Source: an uncultured Fibrobacterota bacterium (GTDB taxonomy: Bacteria > Fibrobacterota > Chitinivibrionia > Chitinivibrionales > FEN-1185). From it: 64,000 nucleotides of DNA. Shown here in pieces: positions 26,001 through 37,103 of this stretch (position 1 is the first letter of the stretch; every line of letters starts with the position of its first letter). Location: assembly GCA_963729895.1 (NCBI GenBank), contig CAVSQB010000018.1, forward strand, positions 32,001-96,000, in the 5' to 3' direction. A program made the translations under genes and the position numbers. A model generated the notes under the pieces. That model worked only from the letters and a program-made list of their open reading frames with translations. It did no database searches and was not told where the DNA came from.

Positions 26001-28385
26001 ATGCTTGGGGGTTTTATGAGACTGCGAAGAATTTCAGTACTATACCTATCGATTTTCGTTGCTGGAGTCATAGAGGGAGCGGGTGGGGCTGAACTGTATG
26101 TATCTCCCGCGGGCAACGACTCAAACGACGGATCCCTGGGCGCTCCCCTTGCAACACTTACCGCGGCCCGCAACAAGGCGGACCAGCTCAAAACCGGAAA
26201 TACGCCGGTCACGGTGTATCTTCGCGGAGGCACCTATTATCTGGACACGGCGGTTATGTTCGGACCTTCCAACTCCGGTAGTGCTCAAGCGCCTGTTACC
26301 TACACCGCCTACGGCGCGGAAATACCGGTCCTTAGCGGTGGCATTAAATTGCCGGACACACTAACCTGGACGGTAAGTTCAGGCCGGATCATGGTTACGA
26401 ATATTGCAACCGGTCTCAAAGTCGACCAGCTTTTTCTCAACGGGAAACGGCAAATATTAGCCCGGTACCCGAATTTTGACTCCACTACGGTGATTCTTGA
26501 CGGTTATGCCGCCGATTGTATCAGCCCCTCACGCGTTGCCCGTTGGGCCAACCCCGCCGAAGGCCCGGGATATGTCCGAGGACTCCACCCAAACCTTTGG
26601 GGTGGGAATTCATTTATTATAACCGGCAAAGTCGGCCAGGATTCGGTAACGCTTCAGTGGGTCGGGGACAATAACAATGGAGACGGATTGCACCCCACGT
26701 ACCGAATGGTCGAAAATATCTTTGAAGAGCTGGACGCTCCGGGTGAATGGTTTTACAGAAAATCAACGGGGCAGCTTTATTTTTATCCTCCTGCAGGCAC
26801 AAACTTGAAAACCTCGACGATCGAGCTCGCATCCCGGGACGAGATTATTCAAATAATAGGGACGTCGACGGCCAAAGTATCATTTCTTGCTTTTAAAGGC
26901 CTGACCTTTACGCAGACCTACCGCACCTTATTCAGCAAACCCTACGAGGCGATTCTCCGCAGCGATTGGCATATAGCGCGCGCAGGCTGCATTTACATGG
27001 AGAATTCCCAAAATATCACGGTTGAGAATTGCTTTTTCGACCAAATCGGGGGGAACGGCATTTTCATGAGCGGGTACAACTGGTATAATGTCGTGTATAA
27101 CAACAACTTTGTTGACGCCGGCGCATCGTGCGTCAATTTGGACGGCCTGATGAGCGCGGTTCGATGTCCTTTTCTATGGTCTACCGCGACACCGTGCACC
27201 GACAGAACACCCGGACCGCTTACCTCCGATTTTCCCGCATTCTGCACCATTGAAAATAACACCATGAATCATTTCGGGAGATTCGAAAAGCAGACGGCCG
27301 GAGTCGATATGACGATTTCCGAATTCGATACTGTCAGGCACAACACAATTCATGACTGCCCTCGTGCGGGTCTCAATGTCGGCAGCGGATGTTTCGCAGG
27401 CCACGAAATTTCGTACAACTGGGTGTATAATTCGGTGCTCGAGACGTCGGACCATGGCCCTTTTAACTCGTGGGGACGCGACCGTAATCTGGATTTTGAA
27501 AATGATACGTCAGCCACCCAACTCGATGCGTGGAATACCACCGCCATTCACAACAACCGGTTGGAAGTGCGACAAGGGCTATTCGGCCTCGATCTTGACG
27601 ATCAGTCATCAAATTACTTGCTCTACAACAATCTTCTTTTGGGGAGCGGTCTCAAAGTGCAGTGGAGCCGGCATAATAGGTGGATTAATAATATCCTTGT
27701 CTACGGCGCCAATACGACGATAACCGGCGTATGGTGGGGCTCAAACGACTATATAACCCGTAACATCTTTACCAGCGGTCAACCGTATTGGTGCAACTTC
27801 TTTTCGCCTATTACGGACCCGAATTTGATTGCCGATACCATAAGCAACCACATAAAGTTGCTCGATTCCAACGTTATTTCAAACAGCGCTGGAAGCGTGT
27901 CTACCGAAGCGGGAAGTGTTTCATGGTCGAATTGGCATGCGGCCGGGCTCGACGTGCATTCGGTTTCGGGCGATCCGATGTTTTCGGACACGGCAAAGGT
28001 ATTTCCCAATTACACGCCACGAGGCGATTTCAGCGTAAAAGCCGGTTCCCCGGCGCTGACGGTCGGGTTTCAAAACTTTCCCATGGATTCGTTCGGCGTC
28101 ATGCCGGTACCGGCCACCGCCATTCGAGTTCCTCCGGCAGGTCGTCTGTGCGAAAATGGTGATGTGCAAACCGTCATTCGCTACGGTTCGGGCAGGATCA
28201 TCATTTCCCTCAGTGGCGAGTATCAGCTTACCGTGACAAACGCGCTCGGCAAAACCGTCAAGGCTTTCACCGGTAAGGGCAATTCCTGCTTTGCAATCAA
28301 CCCGAGGATCATCGGGAGCGGGGTTTATTTCGTAACCGTCCGAACCTTGCGGCAAATGGTGACAAGGCAAGTTTTGATAAATTAG
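26001..28385 (+). CDS. GH141-like parallel beta-helix glycosidase with T9SS-like tail
   Basis: LYVSPAGNDSNDGS..PLATL, ARYPN, ELDAPGEWF, ETSDHGPFNSWGRDR and DLDD. Start may be 26016. Confidence 0.75.
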   Translation: MLGGFMRLRRISVLYLSIFVAGVIEGAGGAELYVSPAGNDSNDGSLGAPLATLTAARNKADQLKTGNTPVTVYLRGGTYYLDTAVMFGPSNSGSAQAPVTYTAYGAEIPVLSGGIKLPDTLTWTVSSGRIMVTNIATGLKVDQLFLNGKRQILARYPNFDSTTVILDGYAADCISPSRVARWANPAEGPGYVRGLHPNLWGGNSFIITGKVGQDSVTLQWVGDNNNGDGLHPTYRMVENIFEELDAPGEWFYRKSTGQLYFYPPAGTNLKTSTIELASRDEIIQIIGTSTAKVSFLAFKGLTFTQTYRTLFSKPYEAILRSDWHIARAGCIYMENSQNITVENCFFDQIGGNGIFMSGYNWYNVVYNNNFVDAGASCVNLDGLMSAVRCPFLWSTATPCTDRTPGPLTSDFPAFCTIENNTMNHFGRFEKQTAGVDMTISEFDTVRHNTIHDCPRAGLNVGSGCFAGHEISYNWVYNSVLETSDHGPFNSWGRDRNLDFENDTSATQLDAWNTTAIHNNRLEVRQGLFGLDLDDQSSNYLLYNNLLLGSGLKVQWSRHNRWINNILVYGANTTITGVWWGSNDYITRNIFTSGQPYWCNFFSPITDPNLIADTISNHIKLLDSNVISNSAGSVSTEAGSVSWSNWHAAGLDVHSVSGDPMFSDTAKVFPNYTPRGDFSVKAGSPALTVGFQNFPMDSFGVMPVPATAIRVPPAGRLCENGDVQTVIRYGSGRIIISLSGEYQLTVTNALGKTVKAFTGKGNSCFAINPRIIGSGVYFVTVRTLRQMVTRQVLIN

Positions 28386-28689
28386 GGTCACCTCATCCTC
28401 ATGAAAAATGTGCGTGACCTCGGGAACGTCCAGAGAAAATTATGGGTGACGAGAGGTCGTCTATATTTGCTATTTTGCAGAAAATGACGAGCGTCACCGA
28501 AAGTGACGTTCGGTGTTACACTGAATCTGGGCGTTTGTCAGAGGAATTGTTGCTCAACCGCATGATTAAGAAATGTGTAAAATAGCTGAAATAAATTGAT
28601 AGATTAATTGCTTGAAATGCGATGGTAGATCCTAAATGATCGACGGGACGATCTTTTCAAAAACAGAACTGCCTCGAAAGGATTATGTC

Positions 28690-31146
28690 ATGAAATTGAC
28701 AAAAAAAGATGGCACACGGCTTTGTTGCAGAACGGCGGTTGTCATGGGGGTTTGCCTGGCTTTGATGGCGCGGTCCGGCTCCTGTCAGACTGCGCCCTCA
28801 ACAATCAGGATCAAGACCGGCTCACCCAAAACGTCGCTTGAATCCTATATCATTTCCGATGCCGTCGGGTTTATGGCGAGAATGTTTTCCGATTCCATAG
28901 ATACCTCCGGATCAGGTTCCACGTTCGAGTTCGTTATAGGAACGCCGCAAAACAATGCTCTCATTTCGCAACAGGTGCATGGCGGCGCCATCGTTCTGCC
29001 GACCGGCACCTATGCCGGACAAGGGTATGCCATAAAAACCATCGGCAGCACCATTTACCTTGCCGCAAGCAGTGACACCGGGCTTTCCCATGGCATATAT
29101 GATCTGCTTCAACAGTATGGCGCCTATTTCCTGATTTCCGATGAAATCCTGCCGCAACAAACCGCATTCTCGGTGAAAAACATCAGCATAAGCGTTGCGC
29201 CCGCTTTCAAGTATTACGGATTGTTGCCCTGGGACAACTTTTTGTGCGGCATGTCCGGATGGAACGAGGTGGATTTCAGGCTGTGCATCGATCGAATGTT
29301 GCGGATGAGGCTCAATTTCATCGAGTTTCATTTCTATCCCGGATTGGCATATTATAATGAAACCTATTCCGATGGATCTGCGAGCGCAACTTCAGACCAC
29401 GTGGCTGACTGGGAAAATTCCTTCCAACCTAGCCAGATGGTGGGGGCAAGCGCCTTCGACACCATGTCCACATTCGGCACGCGGCAATGGTGGCAGAACC
29501 AGAGCAAAGGCGCTGTCGCTCAGGAGGATTCCTGTGAGGCAATGCTGAAAAGGATCATAGATTACGCTCACACGCGAGGGTTATCCACAGTCGTTGGTTT
29601 CTGTCTTATGCAGCCAAGAGGCGGGGATTTCACAATGACAAACGACAGAGGATGGACGCCCATGCCGGACCCGCTTAATGCTAAAAATGCCAGTTTGGAA
29701 GCGGACCGCTATAATCGTTTGGTGCAGCTTTACCCGAATTCCGATTACTATTGGATGTGGCAGGCCGAGGCCGGCGGCAATCTGTGGAACACCATAACCA
29801 ACGATGCAGCCGCGACTGCAATGCGCAGCCAATACGCTTCCTTAAATCCTTCCAGAAACGATGGGGGCGATATCGATTATGCCTACCTGTTTATGCAAAC
29901 CGTCAATCAACTGACTTCCGGGCAACGGAGCAAAATAGCCACCGGCGGATGGGACATGTCGGAAATATTCCCGGGGTTCGATAAGTATTGTCCAAGTGAA
30001 ATCATTTTTCACGGTATGAACTCGTGGGACACTCGGGAAGGGATAAGGGAAGCCACCAACGATTACAAGGTGAGCGCCAATCGTAGAACCTGGATGACCG
30101 ATTGGTGGGAATACGACGGTCTTGTCTGGTTCCCGGAATTCCGGGTAAAGAAGCAAGAAACAATGTACAAAGTGTGCGTTGCGAACAACGTGGAAGCCGT
30201 CACCTTGGATGGATGGAAACAATCCGGAGTGGAGCACAACATCAAGTACCTTGCCGAATTTGTTTGGAACCCCACGCTCACCGGGTCGCAATTCTACTCC
30301 GACTATTCCGAAAAAGTCTATGGAGCGCCCGCCGAATCGACGCTTGCCAATTTTTACATGGTGAACGACAGCCTCGAGCCGACCATTCCGGCTGCGACCA
30401 CGGGCGATTACCGCGTCATGAATATTTCCGAAGGATGGCAGCCGTTGCAGCTTTCAAGTTACGTCACGAGCACAACGGACCTTACATCCGGTTCGTGGAC
30501 CACCATCGTATCCGAATGCAAGTCGTTGGAAACGCAGCAACAGGCGCTCATGACTCAGGACCAGGCTTTTTCATCCTCTTTAAAAAGCCTCAGGCCGCAG
30601 CTTTCGGCAACGGGACAGTACTGGCTCGACTTGATGACCAACCGGCTTGATTTCAGGGCTTTATATGTTCAGGCATTGGTAGATGTCAATAAGTCGTATG
30701 TGGATTTTGATGCTGCCGGCAAGGCCTTAGGGATACCGCAGGCCAAGACGGCGGCATTTGCGGACCTGAACAATGGCCTTGAACAAATGTATCTTTCCAT
30801 TTTGAAATTGTCCGAATGCGCCCGCAACACCAGCGATCTCGGACTCATCGGACAGGTAAACATCCTCGCGTACAACGTGCTGAAACAATTCATCACGAGC
30901 AACGGCGGCGTCGTGGCAACCGCCGGTGAGCCTTCAAGATTGCGTCCGCTCCTGAATTCTCAACCGAATGCCCGTACGGTCTCGGTGTACACGTTGGAGG
31001 GGAAATTACTGTCCAGACAAACGGGAATGGGAATGCAAGGTCCGCTCCCGAGACTCCGGCCGGGCGTGTATTTCGTGAACGTGAGGAACGCGGACGGCAC
31101 CAGCAAAACCGTGAAGAGTCTCGTTGTCAACATGGTTGGCAAATAG
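28690..31146 (+). CDS. Secreted putative glycoside hydrolase (GH20/67/115-like N-domain + TIM barrel) with T9SS-like tail
   Basis: QGYAIKT..GLSHGIYDLL..G N-domain, PAFKYYG, W..IDRMLRMRLN and PGVYFV tail. Family not assignable. Confidence 0.65.
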   Translation: MKLTKKDGTRLCCRTAVVMGVCLALMARSGSCQTAPSTIRIKTGSPKTSLESYIISDAVGFMARMFSDSIDTSGSGSTFEFVIGTPQNNALISQQVHGGAIVLPTGTYAGQGYAIKTIGSTIYLAASSDTGLSHGIYDLLQQYGAYFLISDEILPQQTAFSVKNISISVAPAFKYYGLLPWDNFLCGMSGWNEVDFRLCIDRMLRMRLNFIEFHFYPGLAYYNETYSDGSASATSDHVADWENSFQPSQMVGASAFDTMSTFGTRQWWQNQSKGAVAQEDSCEAMLKRIIDYAHTRGLSTVVGFCLMQPRGGDFTMTNDRGWTPMPDPLNAKNASLEADRYNRLVQLYPNSDYYWMWQAEAGGNLWNTITNDAAATAMRSQYASLNPSRNDGGDIDYAYLFMQTVNQLTSGQRSKIATGGWDMSEIFPGFDKYCPSEIIFHGMNSWDTREGIREATNDYKVSANRRTWMTDWWEYDGLVWFPEFRVKKQETMYKVCVANNVEAVTLDGWKQSGVEHNIKYLAEFVWNPTLTGSQFYSDYSEKVYGAPAESTLANFYMVNDSLEPTIPAATTGDYRVMNISEGWQPLQLSSYVTSTTDLTSGSWTTIVSECKSLETQQQALMTQDQAFSSSLKSLRPQLSATGQYWLDLMTNRLDFRALYVQALVDVNKSYVDFDAAGKALGIPQAKTAAFADLNNGLEQMYLSILKLSECARNTSDLGLIGQVNILAYNVLKQFITSNGGVVATAGEPSRLRPLLNSQPNARTVSVYTLEGKLLSRQTGMGMQGPLPRLRPGVYFVNVRNADGTSKTVKSLVVNMVGK

Positions 31147-31171
31147 GAATATGCCAACAGGCCCCGGCGAT

Positions 31172-31217
31172 TGAAGAACCCCGAAGCAAGCTTCGGGGAA
31201 AAGGCAAACGACACAAT
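31172..31217 (+). repeat. Hairpin module G, copy 2
   Basis: TGAAGAA-CCCCGAAGC-AA-GCTTCGGGG-AAAAGGC. Confidence 0.7.
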
Positions 31218-31712
31218 AATAGGCGCGTGGCGCCACTACCATACCTTAGGGAACGCAGTGACAATGCGCTCGCTGTGGGATTCAAGTACATCGCCGTCAA
31301 ATGGACGTCCGCGACCCGGTCGATTACTGTTCGCAACATCTGGCCCAAACACGGCGTGAAAAGCTCCGGCTGATGTTGTCCCCTTTGTCATCATCAGGAA
31401 CACCAAGGCATTCGTCGTTTGCGTGTTTTTGGTGTCCGATCTTGCCTCCGATCTTTATTCTATTTATTTCATTTCTCACCAAACAGGTGCGAGCAATCTT
31501 CAAATGTATCTTTACGAACAAAGTGATGATAGTTGGTTTAAAAATATATAGAAAGCATTGATTAAATTAACAATATATCAGTGCAATGCCCCGTGGTAAT
31601 TCTTAAATTAGTAAGCACAGGTTGCCGGTTCACATGCAAGCACGGGAATTGTAGAATAGATGGTACGCATGATCACTACTCACATTTTCTCGGGGAGGCA
31701 ACCATCCTTTCT

Positions 31713-33071
31713 ATGATTCCACACATACTCAAATGCGCTTCAATTGCGTTGGTATTCTCATGTGTCTATGTTTGTGCCGGTCAAACCGCGAGCGACTCCA
31801 CCCAGCCCGGCACAAAAATCGACGTTTTCGGTTCGGGCGCCGTTGAGGCGGGTGAAATTGAAGACGGGCATTACGGGGGGAATGTAAATGCGGAAATTCA
31901 GCATCTCTGGATCGGACACGTCTATGCCGATCTCGGGGTAAAGGCCAGGTTGAATGAACATTTTTCCGCTCTTGTTTCCCTCGAATCGCGTATTTGGTAC
32001 AACACGAGTCCTTTGGATGCGGTCAGGGACAATTCCACGTTCGGCGATCCCATGCAGAATTTCGATATTACCATTACCAATGCAGAAGGCATTCTTTCGT
32101 TTGGAAAAAGGGATGTTGCCGAGCTTACGATCGGAATAGGACGTTTCGAGTACAAGTATAATCCGCAGTCGCAGGATTTGGGCGAGTATATGTTTCGGAC
32201 CGGGTGTTATCCGGCCTATATCGAAACAAATTTCGACCTTCCTTTGGCGCGCCTCAACGGCCTCCTCCTCTCGTTCAAGCTTTTCGATTTTTTGAGGCTG
32301 GACCTCGTTATGAATACGATGTCGGACATCGAACCGTACTATAATTGGAACGGGACGTTTATCGCGGATGCAACCGTGGGCAAGGTTTTCGATGTGGGCG
32401 CCGGAATTCAATTCGATGATCTTATTCCCGTTGACCAAAAGAACGATATGCGGACAAGCGTACACGATTACTCCACCAACGGGTATCTTACGGCCCCGGG
32501 CGATACTGGCTACTACACATTCCAGGGAACAAAAGTAATGTTCCGGTTCATGTTCGATCCCAAGAGGTTTTTTGATGTTCCTTTTCTTGGGACGAATGAT
32601 GGCCAGCTCTATTTTGAAACGGCAATCCTCGGCCTCGAAAATTATCCAAGAAGCAACGCGATTGATACAAATAACCTTTGCAATATTTACGGGTACGACA
32701 ATATCTTCCAGAAAATGCCGGTCATGTTCGGATGCAACATTCCCACATTCAAACAGATGGACGTACTTTCGGTGGAAGGTGAATGGTTCGGGTCCAGATA
32801 TCCGGACAGCTACAAGCCCTATCTTGACGGCCTCTCATCCACGCCAGCCAGTCTTGGGGCAAATGAAACTTCTTATGATTACACTCATGACGATTGGAAA
32901 TGGGCAATCTACGGCAAGAAAACCATTTTTGGCGGATTATCGTTCATCGGCTTGGTGGGTCGCGATCATATGCGCACCGAAACGTACATAAAGTTGTATC
33001 AGGATTATGAGGAAGCGCTTATAAGGAACAGCGCATGGTACTGGATGCTAAAAGTAAAGTATAGCTTTTAG
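31713..33071 (+). CDS. Predicted outer-membrane beta-barrel protein, paralog 1
   Basis: Signal peptide, amphipathic strands and C-terminal VKYSF; shares blocks with 37104-38477. Confidence 0.7.
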   Translation: MIPHILKCASIALVFSCVYVCAGQTASDSTQPGTKIDVFGSGAVEAGEIEDGHYGGNVNAEIQHLWIGHVYADLGVKARLNEHFSALVSLESRIWYNTSPLDAVRDNSTFGDPMQNFDITITNAEGILSFGKRDVAELTIGIGRFEYKYNPQSQDLGEYMFRTGCYPAYIETNFDLPLARLNGLLLSFKLFDFLRLDLVMNTMSDIEPYYNWNGTFIADATVGKVFDVGAGIQFDDLIPVDQKNDMRTSVHDYSTNGYLTAPGDTGYYTFQGTKVMFRFMFDPKRFFDVPFLGTNDGQLYFETAILGLENYPRSNAIDTNNLCNIYGYDNIFQKMPVMFGCNIPTFKQMDVLSVEGEWFGSRYPDSYKPYLDGLSSTPASLGANETSYDYTHDDWKWAIYGKKTIFGGLSFIGLVGRDHMRTETYIKLYQDYEEALIRNSAWYWMLKVKYSF

Positions 33072-33117
33072 CAACTGCAATGGAAAGCAATTCTTTTCTT
33101 TCAAAATGGAGGGTTCC

Positions 33118-34875
33118 ATGTTCAGGGCAAAGGTTGTTGTGGGCACACACATGGTGAAATTGATTCTTCTGGGGCTGATAGGAGCAGGATTGACGGCGCC
33201 TGTCCACGCGGTGCTCAAGGCCAAATGGCGCACCTCAACCTCGTCCGCCCCGTGGGTGGCCGAACAGCAATTGCAAATAGTAAACCACACGGCCCAGACA
33301 ACGGAAATCGATATCGACACCACGGTCAAGTACCAGACAATGACCGGTTGGGGCGGAAGCCCGAATGAATCCGGAGTACTGGGGCTTCATAAGTTATCAG
33401 CTGCGCTCCAGGACAGCGTGATGAGGGCCATGTTCGACACCGTGAACGGTTGCAAATTCAACATGATCCGTTTGCCCATCGGCTGCAGCGATTTTTCCCT
33501 GAGCGGGTATTCGCTTGACGATTACGCGGGCGATTATGCGATGAGCAGCGTCAACATTCATCGCGACAGCCTGGTGACGCTTGACTTCTGCAAGAAAGCC
33601 GCTGCGATAAACCCGAACCTCAAGGTGTGGGGGAGCCCCTGGACCGCGCCGGCGTGGATGAAGGGCAACAACAATTGGTCCGGAGGCGCATCCTATCCGA
33701 GCACCGCATGCGAACTGAAACAGGACAATGCCACCTTGACCGCCTATGCGCTCTATTTTTCCAAGGCGATCACGCTTTATAAGAATTACGGCATTCCCTT
33801 TTTCGCGCTCTCATTTCAAAATGAGCCGTACACCTGTCAACCGTTTCCGTCCATGATCTGGCCGAACGGCGGCACCATGCTGAATTTCATGAAGAATTAC
33901 CTGGGTCCGCGAATGACAGCCGATCATCCCGACGTCGAGCTGTGGACGCCCACCATGAATCTCAGCGACACCAGTTACTATTCCATGCTCAATGACCCGT
34001 ATTGTTCTTCCATCCTCACGACGGTTTGTTACCAATACCAGGGCGAATCCGCCATGCCGATAATTCATAAGGTGCACCCTGCGGTGAGAGGATATAATAC
34101 GGAATTGACATGCGGGGCAAACGCCAACAGCTGGAGTTATCCACAGACCCAGACATGGCCGGAAATCAAGATGGGTGTTTCAAATGGAAACTCAGGCGCT
34201 TTTCAATGGAATTTGCTGTTATGCAGTTTGCCCGGGGCGGCGTATGCAGACCTCTGCGGGTACAGCGCTATGTGGCAAAGTGCCGATGGTTCAACCGGAA
34301 ATTGGCCTCAGCAACCCATTATTTCGATCGACACTGCCGGAAAGAAGATTGCCTATAATACCGAGTTCTACATGTTGAAGCATCTAAGTTATTACATCAG
34401 GCCGGGCGCAAAGGTAGTTAAGGTGAGCGGACAATACGACACGAATCAGATTTCGGTCAAGAATCCTGATGGAAGCATTGCCGTGGTCACCAATAACCAG
34501 AACAACGCCGCGCAAAATATCGCGATATGCATCGGGACCCAGATGGTTACCGCCACCCTGCCCGCGCTCTCGTTTGCCAGTTTTACAATCTACGATTCTA
34601 CAACCACTGGCGTCAGTGAACCCCTGAGCGCCGCGGGTGCGGTTCACAAAGGGGTGTTGAGGATATCCGGAGCACGAAACGGAATTTCCGTTTTTCCGCA
34701 GGGGAACACCTACGAGCTAACCGTAATTGGAATTGATGGAAGCACAAAGGCGGTTCTTTCGTCTGCGAAAAACGGAGCAAATACGCTTTACGCAAGGAGC
34801 CTGGCGAGGGGTATCTATTTTGTTAAGGGCATGGTTGACGGCAAGGCATTCATTACGTCGGTTCCGGTTCTGTAA
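33118..34875 (+). CDS. GH30 glycoside hydrolase with T9SS-like tail
   Basis: YQTMTGWGG, RLPIGCSDFS, SPWTAPAWMK, QNEP acid/base and NTE nucleophile. Confidence 0.88.
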   Translation: MFRAKVVVGTHMVKLILLGLIGAGLTAPVHAVLKAKWRTSTSSAPWVAEQQLQIVNHTAQTTEIDIDTTVKYQTMTGWGGSPNESGVLGLHKLSAALQDSVMRAMFDTVNGCKFNMIRLPIGCSDFSLSGYSLDDYAGDYAMSSVNIHRDSLVTLDFCKKAAAINPNLKVWGSPWTAPAWMKGNNNWSGGASYPSTACELKQDNATLTAYALYFSKAITLYKNYGIPFFALSFQNEPYTCQPFPSMIWPNGGTMLNFMKNYLGPRMTADHPDVELWTPTMNLSDTSYYSMLNDPYCSSILTTVCYQYQGESAMPIIHKVHPAVRGYNTELTCGANANSWSYPQTQTWPEIKMGVSNGNSGAFQWNLLLCSLPGAAYADLCGYSAMWQSADGSTGNWPQQPIISIDTAGKKIAYNTEFYMLKHLSYYIRPGAKVVKVSGQYDTNQISVKNPDGSIAVVTNNQNNAAQNIAICIGTQMVTATLPALSFASFTIYDSTTTGVSEPLSAAGAVHKGVLRISGARNGISVFPQGNTYELTVIGIDGSTKAVLSSAKNGANTLYARSLARGIYFVKGMVDGKAFITSVPVL

Positions 34876-35030
34876 AACAACAGGGTAATGACTGGCACGA
34901 TACTTTTCGGCCTGCTGGGAAGCAGCATAACCCGATCCCGTTACCCGGTTTCTTTGCGGCGTCCCATGTTCTGAGAAAGATCTCATTCAGGATGCCACAA
35001 GTTATCATTATGTAAATAGGGAGACTGCGC

Positions 35031-36803
35031 ATGGGAAAAACAAGTTATCGTAAAGCCGGATGGGGTGTTGTTTGCCTGTGTGTTGGTTGTGTCGTGCTGG
35101 GAATCTCGAGGGCGGGCGCGCAGAGCTTCGTTTTTACCAGTGGATTAGGAAGATATGATTCCGCATTTGCCGATGCGAAGGCCAACATCAAGAGTAACAC
35201 GGTAACATCCGCGGACGGCAGTTCTGTTTTTAATGCAGGCGCGTTCTGGGACGAAGTGTGGGAGCGAGATGGTTCATATTCGATTGAAATGGCTTGCGGA
35301 CATCTTGATCCCGCTACTTCAAAGAACACATTTACCTATAATACGGCGACGTGGAACAACCTGACGGTGCAAAGGCAGGATGTCTGCGGAGATTACGGAG
35401 GCTGGCCTAATTTAACGGATGGCATTGTATGGGCTACCGGAGCGTGGGCATATTACCGGCAAACGGGAGATGCGAACTTTCTTGCGTTTGCTTACCCTAT
35501 CGTCAGGAACTCGCTGCTCATGGCCGAAACCCCTGCAACAACCGATCATTGGGTAGTGCTCGACGCTGCCGACAGTCTGTACAGGGGATGTTCGTCATTT
35601 ATGGAATCAAGAAGCGCATATCCCCCCGTTTTTGATGGCAATGAAAACTACTCCAATCTTTCCGTTCCGTCCGTAGGCAACAGCAAATGCGGAAGCACGA
35701 ATATGCTTTACTATCACGCCTGGGTGATCGCCGATTCGATGGCAAAGCTTCTTGGAAAATCGCAAGCCACCCAGGATTCTCTAAGCGCAAGAGCATGGAC
35801 GATAAAAAATGCCATAAACAGGCAGTTGTGGAATGACTCGGAAGGGTATTATTATTACGTCAAATATGCCGACGGCAAAACAAAACTCAATCGCAACGAA
35901 GGGCTTGCGGACGCTTTTGCCATTCTTTACGACATTGCCGACTCCGCTCAAAAAGAGAGTATTCTTAACAAAACGATTCCGTCCGCATGGGGATACGTAT
36001 GCCAATATCCTCGAGATACAAATTGGATGTGTTATACATGCGGTGGCGATGTCTACTATTATCATAACGATATGATCTGGCAGTTTGTTCAGGGATATAT
36101 TGCCTGGGCGGCAACAAAAATAAAGAACATGACGGCATTTTACAATAACATACACAACTGCGCTCTGTTATGGTCGCATAGCGCTCCTGGAGAATTCAGG
36201 GAGTTTTTTCGTCCGGAAACCGGCTTTCCGGATGGCGGCAACCAGCAGTTGTGGAGCGCGGCCGGATATATTTCCATGGTGTTTCATGGCCTTTTTGGAA
36301 TGAATTTCGACGTGGACGGCGTTAGGTTCGACCCCATGGTTCCCGATACCTTCAAAAACGCCATGACGCTAAATAAGTTCATTTATCGAAAAGACACGCT
36401 TAACATGACGGTGACCGGGCCAGGGAAATATCTTCAGACTTTTAGTTTAGACGGCGTACAGCAGGCCGCTTTTATTCCAGCCGCTTTGACGGGGACGCAC
36501 ACGGTGGTCATGACCATGGCCAATGCGCCGGTTACCGCTCTTTTGCAGGCTCATCGTGTCGCCGCAATGGAGAGTAACCGGATTAGAATATCCTGGAATT
36601 CAACGCAGGGAATGAGTTTAACCTTCGGTATGTGCCAAAAAGTCAATGCAACATTTTATTCTCTTACCGGAAAATGTGTCGCTGAATTCAGTACGGTGAA
36701 TGGGACCGTGACTATTGGCAACCACATCCTTGTACCCGGTGCGTATGTTGTCAAATGGAATTCCGTGAAGGCTGATGGGTTTCAGAAGATCATGTTGAAG
36801 TAA
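35031..36803 (+). CDS. (alpha/alpha)6-barrel glycosidase (MGH1/GH63-like) with T9SS-like tail
   Basis: WERDGSYS, AINRQLW, YHNDMIW.FV and QLWSAAGY..GLFGM. Confidence 0.75.
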   Translation: MGKTSYRKAGWGVVCLCVGCVVLGISRAGAQSFVFTSGLGRYDSAFADAKANIKSNTVTSADGSSVFNAGAFWDEVWERDGSYSIEMACGHLDPATSKNTFTYNTATWNNLTVQRQDVCGDYGGWPNLTDGIVWATGAWAYYRQTGDANFLAFAYPIVRNSLLMAETPATTDHWVVLDAADSLYRGCSSFMESRSAYPPVFDGNENYSNLSVPSVGNSKCGSTNMLYYHAWVIADSMAKLLGKSQATQDSLSARAWTIKNAINRQLWNDSEGYYYYVKYADGKTKLNRNEGLADAFAILYDIADSAQKESILNKTIPSAWGYVCQYPRDTNWMCYTCGGDVYYYHNDMIWQFVQGYIAWAATKIKNMTAFYNNIHNCALLWSHSAPGEFREFFRPETGFPDGGNQQLWSAAGYISMVFHGLFGMNFDVDGVRFDPMVPDTFKNAMTLNKFIYRKDTLNMTVTGPGKYLQTFSLDGVQQAAFIPAALTGTHTVVMTMANAPVTALLQAHRVAAMESNRIRISWNSTQGMSLTFGMCQKVNATFYSLTGKCVAEFSTVNGTVTIGNHILVPGAYVVKWNSVKADGFQKIMLK

Positions 36804-37103
36804 TTCCGGGTGCCCAAAATTCATGTCTTAACCAGGTTATGGTTCCCTCGGCTGAGGGACATGCACCTAAAGATCCTGCCGTCGTGCGGGAAAAGATTCT
36901 TGTTTCCGCTTTGTTGCGCTTATCCCCCTGGCCCGTTTGCTCGCGGTGCTGCATGCGATTGCACTCGCCCCTGCTCCGCAGTTGCCTTATAGAGAAAGGA
37001 AGCAAAGCCAATGTTCTGTAGCGTCCTCCACTGCCAGGAGAGACGGGTGCGCGAGTGATAACCCCGCTATGCAGTGGGAATTCCTTATCAAGAAAGGTGC
37101 CAT

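Noticed and set aside
34893..34908. Sigma54 promoter (TGGCACG)
   Set aside because: The -12 TTGC element is absent (TTTT instead).
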